NCBI GenBank assembly: GCA_964016885.1
Contig: OZ024740.1
Location: 299,088,001-299,152,000 of the forward strand
Length of the DNA stretch: 64,000 bases
Origin: Eledone cirrhosa
Lineage: Eukaryota
Direction of reading: 5' to 3'
Position 1 is the first letter of the stretch, and every line of letters begins with the position of its first letter. The notes under the pieces were generated by a model. The model searched no databases. It saw only the letters and a program-made list of their open reading frames with translations, and was not told the DNA's origin. The position numbers were made by a program, and so were the translations under genes. Positions 53,645-64,000 of this stretch are shown here, piece by piece.

Positions 53645-54025
53645 ATACTTTGGGAGTGTCATGTTGCCAATAAGAAACACACGCACCAGTTGCTTTCACT
53701 TCAATTTATTATAATAAATTTATAAATTTAGGAATTTATAAATTTCCGGTTGGTTGGTTGGTTCCACAACCAGATGGTTGTTTATATATTATCAAAGTTC
53801 TTTCGTCACACATTCTGTGACCTCTTCAGTGACTGGGGATTCTTTTATTTGTTTTTGTGCCTCTCATTTGTTCTGTCCTACGCCATCTTCTTAATAAATT
53901 GAAGTGAAAGCAACTGGTGCGTGTGTTTCTTATTGGCAACATGACCCTCCCAAAGTATAACAATATCGGTTTCAACACACGTTTTCAGATAAGGAATCTT
54001 GCTAAACAAATTCAGAAACGAAATA
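53640..54025 (-). mobile_element. Second copy of the hammerhead-bearing non-coding element, with a different inverted segment
   Basis: 53640-53888 matches 27775-28020; 53893-54025 is the reverse complement of 27716-27845. Hammerhead core retained at ~53791-53834 with damaged stem I. Confidence 0.8.
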
Positions 54026-54042
54026 TATATATATATATATAT

Positions 54043-54620
54043 ATGGTGGCTGCCAACTCGTTTTCGAGTACGGCCACTACTTTATATCCATGTAGGAGAA
54101 CCCCTACCGATGATGCGCTGAACGAGTTTGACTTTTTAGTCCAGCCAGCGACTTGAAAACTCTGGTACAAACACTACACTTGTGACAATTATTGACACAG
54201 GGCTGGGCCCATGGTACCATGTGACGACAAGTGCAGAGACATCTCCAGATATAAAGCAATGCCTGTGCCCTGAAGCTTTTATAGTGTATCCCAGTACAAC
54301 CTGTCTCATGGTCGGGTCGTTGGCGACTAAACTTGCAACCCCACCAACGTTTCTTGGTGAGGAGGGTGACTTTGGACATCCTGCAGGACTTAAAACAAAA
54401 CCTGTCAAAGGAGCTCTTAAAAGCCAATGGCCATCCAAAATCACCGGGAGAGATGACCCCTTAGCCTTTGTCAAGGCAGAATTCTAGGTGAAGGAAAACT
54501 CTGATATAACACCTGCAACCCTGATGGTATCCAATGATGTTGACTTGTTCTTCCTTTTGGTAAATATCATCTTGGTTAAGAGAGTGGGACTGGCTTTGTG
54601 CAGTGCCTTTGCTCACTATA
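54043..54620 (-). mobile_element. Short RTE-derived non-autonomous retroelement with inverted 5' part
   Basis: 3' part 54043-54286 (C2H2 remnant CHKCSVCTRVFKSLAGLKS, CTCG-N4-CGAG hairpin). 54287-54620 is inverted relative to the colinear copy at 54694-55002. Confidence 0.7.
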
Positions 54621-54693
54621 TATATATATATACATACATACATACATAAACACAGGCATATATATGCATATACATACATGCTTACATATGCAT

Positions 54694-55002
54694 ATGGTGG
54701 CTGCCAACTCGTGGGCCCATGGTACCATGTGACGACAAGTGCAGAGAGATCTCCAGATATAAAGCAATGCCTGTGCCGTGAAGCTTTTATAGTGAGCAAA
54801 GGCACTGCACAAAGCCAGTCCCACTCTCTTAACTAAGATGATATTTACTAAAAAGAAGAACAAGTCAACATCATTGGATACCATCAGGGTTGCAGGTGTT
54901 ATATTAGAGTTTTCCTTCTCTTAGAATTCTGCCTTGAGAAAGGCTAAGGGGTCATCTCTCCCGGTGATTTTGGATGGCCATTGACTCTTAAGAGCTCCTT
55001 TG
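54694..55002 (-). mobile_element. Short RTE-derived non-autonomous retroelement (colinear, internally deleted)
   Basis: Same family as 54043-54620 and 56225-56433. Confidence 0.7.
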
Positions 55003-55029
55003 CCCCTTGACATATACATGCATACATAC

Positions 55030-55910
55030 ATGATAGCTGCAAACTCGTGTTCGAGCATTGCCATCGCCCGATAAAATGCTCAAAAACGTGAAGCACGAAT
55101 GTGGCTCTTTAAACCAGCCAAAGACTGGCACCCTCTGGCACATACATAGCAACTCTAGACTCCTCCGGGACTTTCCGTTGCTTTGATCCTCCGGGACTTT
55201 CCGTTGCTGTGTGTTCTGATGTGTCTTTTAAGACCTCCCATGTTAGTACATTTCTTGCCACATTCCTTACACCTTTTCAGATCATAATCTACATGAGGTC
55301 TACTGATATGACTTTGTTCGTGTCTAGTCAAACCAGCTTTACTCAGGCAGACTCGACCACAATGCTGGCAAACCAGTTGATGCTCAGCAACAGGCAGTTC
55401 AGAACACTCCCTTTTCCTCACTTTCCGTTTCAGTGATAGGTGTTCACTACCTGACTTGATCAAACGTTTCTACTTCACACGCTCCTTAGCCATTTTCTCC
55501 CTTCGTCAGATGAAATTCCAGCACGAACCAAGGTGCCCCTGACACAGTTCTGGTACCGCATTTTTGGTTTGTGTGGTGGTTGACTTCCTTCACACAGTTC
55601 TACGTAATGAAGATGCTTTGGAATACGATCATCAGACACCCGGACCACGTGGCCGCACCACCTCAACCGATGCCGAAAGCTCATGCTCCCTATAGTCACG
55701 CACCTGCTCCGTTCGAGAATTTCCAAATCACTGACGATCATTTTCCATCGCACCCCAAGTAACTTATGAAGAGATTGTTGGTGAAATCTCTCCAGTTCCT
55801 TAAGGTACTTTCTGTATGTGGCCCACATTTGACAAGCATGAATCAAAAAGGAGACGACACAAGTCAGATACACTTTCACCTTGGTTTCGATAGTGATACC
55901 TCGTCTGGAC
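55030..55910 (-). pseudogene. 3' ~0.9 kb of an RTE(BovB-like) LINE with tandem C2H2 zinc fingers
   Basis: TKVKVY...LERFHQQSL...HRLRWCGHVVRVSDDRIPKHL; CQHCGRVCLSKAGLTRHEQSH and CKECGKKCTNMGGLKRHIRTH; (ATGT)n tail. Confidence 0.88.
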
Positions 55911-55924
55911 CATACATACATACA

Positions 55925-56212
55925 AGATGATGGCTGCCCCCTCGTTATCGAGTATGGCCATTGCACGATATACCATTATTAATAATAATTAATTAATTCT
56001 ATCTTCCAATACCTGAGCGTGAAGATATTTTTTAAAGTGAGGAAAGACTGTGCACTGAACCAATCCCACTCTCTGAGCAACAGTAGCTATAACCCGAAAA
56101 GAAGAAAAGATCAACATCATCGGTAACTACTGAGCCGCAGGTTTTATATCGGAGTTATCCCAGTTTCCTGAGTTGCCTTCTCCTAGAAATCCCTGAGAAA
56201 GGCTAGGGGTCC
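55925..56212 (-). mobile_element. Related short RTE-derived element (different subfamily)
   Basis: CTCGTTATCGAG hairpin at 55941-55952; TCCCACTCTC..TCAACATCAT..CCTTCTCCTAGAA..GAGAAAGGCTAGGGGTC homologous to 54810-54953. Confidence 0.65.
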
Positions 56213-56224
56213 TACATACATACA

Positions 56225-56433
56225 TGGTGGTTGCCAACTCGTTTTCGAGTACGGCCACTACTTTATATCTATGTAGGAGAACCCCTACCGATGTGCTGAA
56301 CGAGTGTGACATTTTAGTCCAGCCAGCGACTGGTACAAACACTACACTTATGACAATTATTGACACATAGTGCTGGGCCCATGGTACCATGTGACGACAA
56401 GTGCAGAGAGATCTCCAAATATAAAGCAATGCC
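56225..56433 (-). mobile_element. 5'-truncated copy of the short RTE-derived element
   Basis: Nearly identical to 54043-54263. Confidence 0.75.
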
Positions 56434-56914
56434 TACATACATACATACATACATACATACTTGCATACATACATGCATACATACATACATATGAATATAT
56501 ATCTACATATATATATATCTACATAGATATAATCATCCCATAATAACTTACACGAAACGAACCTGGTGATGAAGTGAAATTGTGATTTTTCATTCCAGTA
56601 TCGTATTTTAGAAGTCGATACTTCAACAGGGGTTGTCAATTGTTCACAGCCACAACTGTAATTATTAAGGTACATGGATATTAAGATATATAGATTGTTA
56701 TATAAATAGATATAAGGCTAGAGAATGAAAGAAATAATCAGAGAAATAATAAGATAGATAAATAGAGATAGAGAGTGAGTGAAATGTAAGGGAGAGACGT
56801 ATATATATATATATATATATAAAAGGATCGATCGACTTTCGTCAAATCGGACTGAGGAAACAATGTTTCCGTTGGTCTTTCCAGTTGCTAGTACTATCTA
56901 TCGGTCGCAACTCC

Positions 56915-57042
56915 AGGTAGAAGGAGCAACGTGAAATAAAGTATCTTGCTCAAGGACATAACGCATCGCCCGGTCCAGGAATCGAACTCACAACCTCAAG
57001 ATTGTGAATCCAATTCTCTAACCATTCAGCCACACGCCTTCA
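56915..57042 (-). mobile_element. tRNA-derived SINE (second family), 5' part
   Basis: Minus strand GGCGTGTGGCTGAATGGTTAGAG...GAGTTCGATTCCTGG...TGTCCTTGAGCAAGATACTTTATTTCAC. Confidence 0.75.
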
Positions 57043-57051
57043 TATATATAT

Positions 57052-57475
57052 TTATTAAAATAACAGATTCAAGTTTAAGCAAAGAATCGCTGCTTTCACC
57101 CTTAACGGGATCTTCTGAAACTAACAAGTCAATCTGTGAACGCAGAAGTGAATATTTCAAAAAACGTTGCAACCGGAGGAAGACAGGAAGACGATACTTT
57201 GGTTCGTAGAAACGTTCCCTGGCAAAGAACGGGAAAAAATATAATACATCATTATTTGGAGCGGTGAAACACAATTACACGCAAAGACAAAACCTCGTTT
57301 ATGGTATAAAAGAAGTCGAAGACTAATATGCTATTAGGTGGTTCATAGAGACGTTCTCTGGCAATGAACGAAAAAAATTGAAGATAATACGTCATATGTG
57401 GAGCGGAGAGAACAATTGCACGCAAAGACAAAACCACGTAAATGGTATAACTGAAGTCGTAGACTAAAATTCTAA
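57052..57475. repeat. Unclassified repeat with ~139-bp tandem unit; its first ~42 bp also occur twice in (TA)n at ~48765 and ~48890
   Basis: TTAAAATAACAGATT.AAGTTTAAGC.AAGAATCG.TGCTTT occurs three times; GGTTC.TAGA.ACGTTC.CTGGCAA..CACGCAAAGACAAAACC..GAAGTCG.AGACTAA occurs twice. Confidence 0.7.
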
Positions 57476-57957
57476 CTAGGAAACCGAATGATTCTCGGCT
57501 TCAGAGTTAAGAATAAAGTAAATAAAATACAGAGGTAAATGAAATTAAATAAATACATACACGCATCCATATACGTACATACACAAGCATACGCGAAAAC
57601 ACTCGCCATAGGTATACAAATACACGCACGTACAAAAAAACAAAACAAAAAAATAACCGCACGCACATACGGAACCCACGCAACGCCTGTACCCGCACGC
57701 ATACGAATGTATACACCAAATACACATAAAAATATATATAAAAAAAAATATATATATATATGTGTGTGTGCGCGTATACATATAATTAAATAAACGTATA
57801 TAAATAAATAAATACGTATATAACAAGCGCACACACATACCAAAACACGAAGTACACATATACACACACCCTACATACGGTTCTTATATATTTGATATAT
57901 ATTTATCCTTATCGAGCCCTCTTTGGATTTTAGTCTTCAAATTTATTATTATTACTA

Positions 57958-58133
57958 TTACCTTTGGGAGCCCCTACATGGACACACTAGAAGAAGAAGA
58001 CCAAGGTTAACATATGTTGATGCCCTAAGGACAGACACTGGTCTGTTGGAGATGCAGCATATGGCAGCGATAATGAGGGACAGAGACCGCTGGAGAGAAC
58101 TCGTCCATGGATCTCGGGAATTTTACCCGCCTT

Positions 58134-58135
<2 letters not shown>
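57958..58135 (+). pseudogene. 3' terminal fragment of another RTE-clade LINE
   Basis: LWEPLHGHTRRRRPRLTYVDALRTDTGL...MRDRDRWRELV, followed by (TA)n. Confidence 0.8.
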
Positions 58136-58191
<56 letters not shown>

Positions 58192-58923
58192 ACGGACTTT
58201 TCTCGGTCTATTTTTATTCATATGAACATATTCGCAACAACGCAGCACGCCATTTTTCATTCACATATATTTTCCCTTCGCTGTGGTTCGTATTTTTTCT
58301 GTTACCTTACTGCTTTCCGCTTTCACTCTCCCCCCCCTAACTCTTACTTTCCTCCATCCCTGCTGCTGGTCACACACTCTCAGCTGGCCCCTTCCTCACA
58401 CTTTCACTTACTCACCCTCTGCTACTCCTCCTCTCTCACTTCCTCCCGTCTGACTTGCGTTAATTCTTTCCTCTCTCACTTTTTTCGTGGCTCGGACGTG
58501 TCTATTTTCTTCTCGTCATTTGATTTGTCGGACTTAAGCCCACAAGATTCATTGACTTGTCTCTCTTTTCCCCTCTTTACGTTGCGTTACTACCATGTTG
58601 TTTGTTCACTTTCCTCTGTCCCCATAACTTAATTTAGTTATCGCTCGCACTGATTTTAGGTATCTAGTCTTTAATGCGAAAAAATACCAATGAGAATCAG
58701 CAGACTACCGATGACGGACTTTTCTCGGTCTATTTTTATTCATATATATATGTTTCATATGTTTATTTATATGTTAATCAATTTCTAGTTGTTATATAAT
58801 GCTCGGACCTATTCATTAGAATCTTAGAGCTTATTTTACGGGTGATATGGCGCATGCCTTTCTGGCATGATACCCATAATTTTGATTTAGATTAAAATCA
58901 CTTTGATTTATCTTAAATTTGTA

Positions 58924-59001
<78 letters not shown>

Positions 59002-59114
59002 TATATATATATGTATATATATCATATATATATGTATATATATATATATGTATGTATGTATATCATATATATATGTATATATATATGTATACAATATATA
59101 CATATATATATATA

Positions 59115-59182
<68 letters not shown>

Positions 59183-59331
59183 TATATGTATATATTAATA
59201 TATTATATACATATATATATATATATTCATATATGATATATATACACACATATATATATATACATAAATATACATACATATATACAAATATATATATATA
59301 CATATACTTATATCATATATATATATTATAT

Positions 59332-59439
<108 letters not shown>

Positions 59440-59906
59440 CGGATAGTGTGGTCTACCTCTCTAACTGTTGTTACATCTACGCATGGGCAGCTATGTTCCC
59501 GCTCTTTTATACCTAATTACTCTTTTACACACACTCTATCCTCTATACAAACCAGTGCCATTTTCTTTCTACGTTGCTGGTTTTTCTTCGTAAGCTCTGG
59601 CATCTCTAACAATATTAATGGTAGATCATCCGTGTCGTTAGGAGAATCTCCGAATCTATGTTACCAGTTCATCAAGTTTCAAATGAATCGAGTTATTGGA
59701 ATGTTACTCTCGGTTCCAGTCACTTGCTCACTAGTTTATTTTTACTGTTGTATACATAGAAATCTAATCTTCCATTATTCCAATGATAATTTAAAACGTT
59801 AAGAAAATTAACACACATAGACACACTCACCTATACACTCTCACACATAGGCACACACGCACTCATAGAAAAAAAAACACACACTCACATACACACCCTA
59901 TAATAA

Positions 59907-59953
<47 letters not shown>

Positions 59954-61699
59954 CAATCGCACACACTCACCCATACACACTCTCTCTCACATACTTATAG
60001 ACAAACACACACTCACACACATACACACTCACCCATACACTCTTTCTCTCACACACACTCATAAACAAACACACACTCACACACATACACACTCACCCAT
60101 ACACTCTTTCTCTCACACACACTCATAAACAAACACACACTCACACACTCCCTCTAATAAGCACACACACACACACTCTCTCTCTCACGCGCACACACAC
60201 ACACACACACATATAGACATATATAAGTTTAAAAATACCAAAGTCGAACAGAGAGATTAAAAAATAGTTTCAGTCTTAGGAATTAAAATACAGAAATGTG
60301 TCTACGTATCGGACGTCAGTTCTTCATCGGGAAAGAGCAAATTTCGGAACGAGGAGTTTGGAAGGTTTGAAAAAAGGAGGTTGGAAGTTTGGGAAAAAGG
60401 ACCTTTTAAAAGATGGGTGAGGAGAGCAGGCAAGTAGTTTGGTGTGCATGGGTTGAGGTCCAGGTGGAGAGTCCGTGTGTAGCATTGGTACTATTGCGTG
60501 TGCACAGATGGAGAGCATTTCGCGGGCATGAATATCGCTGGTGTTAATTCTCCTTTGTGGTGCATGTTTTGTGTATTGTTGATAGAAGTGGCTGTGTATG
60601 TGTGAATTGTTTATGTATTTTTATGTGTACGTGTGTGTACACGTGTGTTTGTATGTGGATGTTTATATATGTGTATGTGTGTCTGGGGGGCGGGTGGTAT
60701 TTTAGAGTGTTATCTGAGTGTGTGTTTGGGTGAGTTTATGTGATTATTAGTATGTGTGTGAGAGTTTGTTTATACTTGTATGAATGTCTGTATCCGTGTG
60801 AGTGTGTACCAAATGATAAAAAAGGATATAGACAATATTTGTGATCAAAGTATTGGATGCAAGACATGGTGTATAGCGGTATGTTGTCTGTGCTATTCCA
60901 GAAAGTTGTGTGGAATCTGGTAGCCAGATAGATAGAAGGGTTGGTGGTGGTTGGATGGGTGGGTGTAACACTGAAAAAAGAAGTGTGTATGTATTTAAGA
61001 AACTCCTTTCCAGAAATAGCTTCTGGAAAGAAGAGGAAATGTGTGACACCCGAACAAGCATCCTCCAGCTCCAACTAACCCTCCGCCTCTGGGTCTCGGC
61101 TGACAGGATAGAGAATGCATTGCTCTAGAGGACAGCGAGGGAGACGCGCTGGAACGGCCATTCTACCATGTTGAGCTTGCAACTGCGAGCAGCCAACTCC
61201 TCTCCGATAGCAGTGTGTAGGGATGCTGTTCGGGGGCCAGGAACGCCGGAAGACGCCACAGCTACAGGCTCTACCACAAACCTCCCGGAGAGCGGCCGAT
61301 AATACTAGAAAGAATATTGGTTGCGTGCGAGTGGATTAAGTATATTTACCAGAGAGAGAGAGAGAGAGATTTGAGATGTAGTGATTATAGATGGGGAGGT
61401 TCAAGTACTTTCTATGGGCCACTGTGAGGTCGTCTTGTTTACATTTGTCTGTAGTGCTGGTGTGTGTGTGATCATATTAGTTTAATTAAATTCTGTTCGA
61501 TTACTTAATTAGTCATGTTTGCTTGAACAAGTTGTTTTTCAGGGCTAACAAAAAGTATGCAGCTGATATGGCGCTGTTATAGTAATTAGCCTTAATAATT
61601 TTATATATATAGTGCATTTTTTAGGTGGACATTATTTTTAGGTTGATATTCCATAATAGAATTTGGTACTATTAAGAAATAAATGAAGAGTGAACATAA

Positions 61700-63829
61700 T
61701 AGTTTTTGTGTATCCTTAAATGAGAAAACTCTTCTCGAATGTAATTGTTTCAGTTTCAACACAGTTTTATCAAGTTACCAACCAAACAACTACAACTACA
61801 AAATAATAGGTTGTTCGTATTTTGAATGCACACGGGAGAATTATTTAAGAAAGAAGGCAGCGAATAACAAAAGAATGTAAGGCTAGCTAAAGAGCATGAA
61901 AAAGAGAAACCTGGAGAGCAACGAGAAGTAATTGCAGTTCTCAGCCATAGAAACTGCTCAATGCTGAACTGCAGAAAGATGACAAAGATTATTACAATAC
62001 GTTAATCCTTGACTTGGAGAGGAAAAATAATTAATGCTGAATTTCGAGTGAAAAATAAGTGCTGAAAATTCCAACAAGAACACCCAAGAAACAAGTAAAA
62101 TTCAAAGTAGAACTTGCATAAAAATATCGGAAATAAAATAAAATGATATATAAGAAGACAAAACCTAAGACCGGGAAAGCAACCAATGAATAACATAAAC
62201 ACTGCAAAATGAAATCCAGATGAAACACACAAAAATGGCTAATTATAAGAGACATATATATCATTCTTATTGGAGAAAAAAGTGAAAGAAATTGTATCAA
62301 CAAAAATTAAAGATGCACAAATATTATTCAAAACAGAATTGAAGATTTTAAATAATACAGTCAATACAATTTTTTTGAAGAAAATTTATTGTCATTCATA
62401 TGGGCTTATGAAAATTGTTTGCCAATTTGTAGTGCCAAACACTTTTTTACGGGCATATCTCTCAGATGACAATTTTAATATCTGCTATCACAAAGTTAAA
62501 ATATTACCTAACCGAAGAGAAACACCACCATGTCGTCATAACAAAAGGAATCTCAATTACAAACATTTCAAATGCAACAGACATTATAAATCAGCACATT
62601 CCTCTTTTGCTTCAGTGGGAGCTCATTTATCTTATTCGTCGCCTGCCTGGCTGTTTTTCTGTTCCTAACGAAATCTATCTTCACATTCTTAATATGCGCC
62701 CCACTGGAGAAGAATCGTCATACTTTTTTCAAACTTTAAATAGTTGGTATTAAACTACAGTATCATAATAATGAAAGATGCATCCATCAGGTTTAAACTA
62801 CTTTAGATTTAATCATCAAAATAAACATCGTTTGTTTTCATTTCACATGTAAAATATTTGGGATAGTTGAAAGTGAAGAAGTGCACGAGGTATCAGAACA
62901 TAATACTTGAATGCCAGTAGCAAATATAGCATTCTTGAGAGATCGAAACAATGGCGAGGACGATACAATATCACATATGTATATACTGTTGATTTTTAGG
63001 AATACTGGCAGTGAAACTCCTGTTAAACTGACCGTTCATATTTACCCTCTTGATCAAGAAACTTGACACATTATTGTTAATCAAAATAGCAACAAAGATT
63101 TATATTGATCCAGAACTGATTAACAATTCTAGTCGCATCAAAGTAGTATGTAACAAGAGAAATTTGGTCAAACAGCTGTAAAGGAAGAACAAAATCCACT
63201 TCTATACGGTAGAAAATTATTTAAGTAATATGTCATTGAGTCTTCTATTCAGGTTTCGACAAATTACTTGAATTATGTAAGATATCAAGAAGGAAGTCTC
63301 AAAAGTTAAACGTTATCAAAGACTTACTGATCGTTGTTGCCATTAATGCAGATATTGATGTAAGATCTGTTGTTAGTTTGCTATTATCATATCAAAGACC
63401 TTCAATGAGTATGAGAGAGAGCCACCACATTGCCATAGATAATGTCAGAAAATTTTGAAATCAAATTTATTTATCGGTATGACATGCAATCCTTCCGAGG
63501 ATCAAATAATAAGCTCTTTCCTCGGCGACACCTTTCAGTCATTAAATATACTTTAGTAAGAATATTTGAATTAAATTTGCAAGAATTATTGAAGGACATC
63601 TTATAAAATTATATTTTAGGAATATTTCATGTATATTGCTTTTCTGTTGAATTCAAGAAAGGTGGTTGACTTCATGCACATATTTTGATCATCCTGGACA
63701 GAAATGGTATATTTAAAGACAGAGGCAATATAGAGGAACTGGTGTGCACATAAATAACTGGTCAACTAAGCCAAAAATCTATGAAATCATTAAGAAATAC
63801 ATGATTCTTGAACCCTTTAGCAAATAAAG
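61700..63829 (+). pseudogene. Decayed Helitron Rep/helicase (N-terminal and Rep portion)
   Basis: RHYKSAHSSFASVGA (IRxYNSAFxFxSMGA-like, ~62580-62625); Rep motif 1 SNLFIGMTCNP (63461-63493); LVRIFELNLQELLKDI; Rep motif 2 SVEFKKGG*LHAHILIIL (63643-63696). Confidence 0.85.
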
Positions 63830-63984
63830 TGTGGTAAGGAACCAGGTGGACCATAACGCACCAGAGTACTCGATACTTAGGATAGTAGAGTGGGCAATGG
63901 GCGTTACCGGCCGTTTCGACAGCTAGAGGATCTAGCTGTCGAAACGGCCGGAGCTCAGCCGTCAGGGTCCTGACTCTTTTCCTA
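63830..63984 (+). mobile_element. Short structured repeat (same family as 49576-49706) containing a perfect 21-bp palindrome
   Basis: CCGGCCGTTTCGACAGCTAGA-GGA-TCTAGCTGTCGAAACGGCCGG at 63907-63951. Confidence 0.75.
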
Positions 63985-64000
63985 TTATATATATATACAC

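Noticed and set aside
54290-54520. Twister or HDV-like ribozyme in the RTE-derived 5' segment
   Set aside because: GGCTAAGGGG and GGAGGG motifs are suggestive, but I could not build either pseudoknot consistently.
60296-60332. Minus-strand CCGATGAAGAACTGACGTCCGATACGTAGAC
   Set aside because: Needs about four substitutions to become a hammerhead and has no stem I.
63480-63520. hAT transposase motif (SFRGSNNKLF)
   Set aside because: An alternative frame gives Helitron Rep motifs 1 and 2 at correct spacing, a better explanation.

Overview
AT-rich, microsatellite-dense eukaryotic DNA with no convincing host protein-coding gene. The SINE content and (TA)n/(CA)n/(CATA)n landscape suggest an invertebrate, probably an octopus-like cephalopod (inference). 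The window is essentially a transposon mosaic. It holds two head-to-tail Tx1/L1-clade non-LTR retrotransposons (1-11.1 kb) that end in (TATC)n/(TC)n rather than poly(A). It also holds RTE, R4/Dong, Helitron and possibly piggyBac relics, about 18 copies of one tRNA-headed SINE, and a TA-flanked MITE family. The most interesting layer is RNA-structural: several unrelated families of type I hammerhead ribozymes can be folded by eye. (i) A 322-bp tandem repeat at 47.86-48.51 kb, with an inverted third copy, carries a hammerhead with a compensatory U3-A8 core (retrozyme/circRNA-like). (ii) An RT-less Penelope-type GIY-YIG element at 28.8-30.7 kb has a hammerhead with a large branched stem II downstream and an oppositely oriented hammerhead upstream. 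(iii) A non-coding hammerhead element with variable inversions occurs at 13.8, 27.7 and 53.6 kb. All folds and alignments were done by eye; boundaries of decayed elements are approximate.
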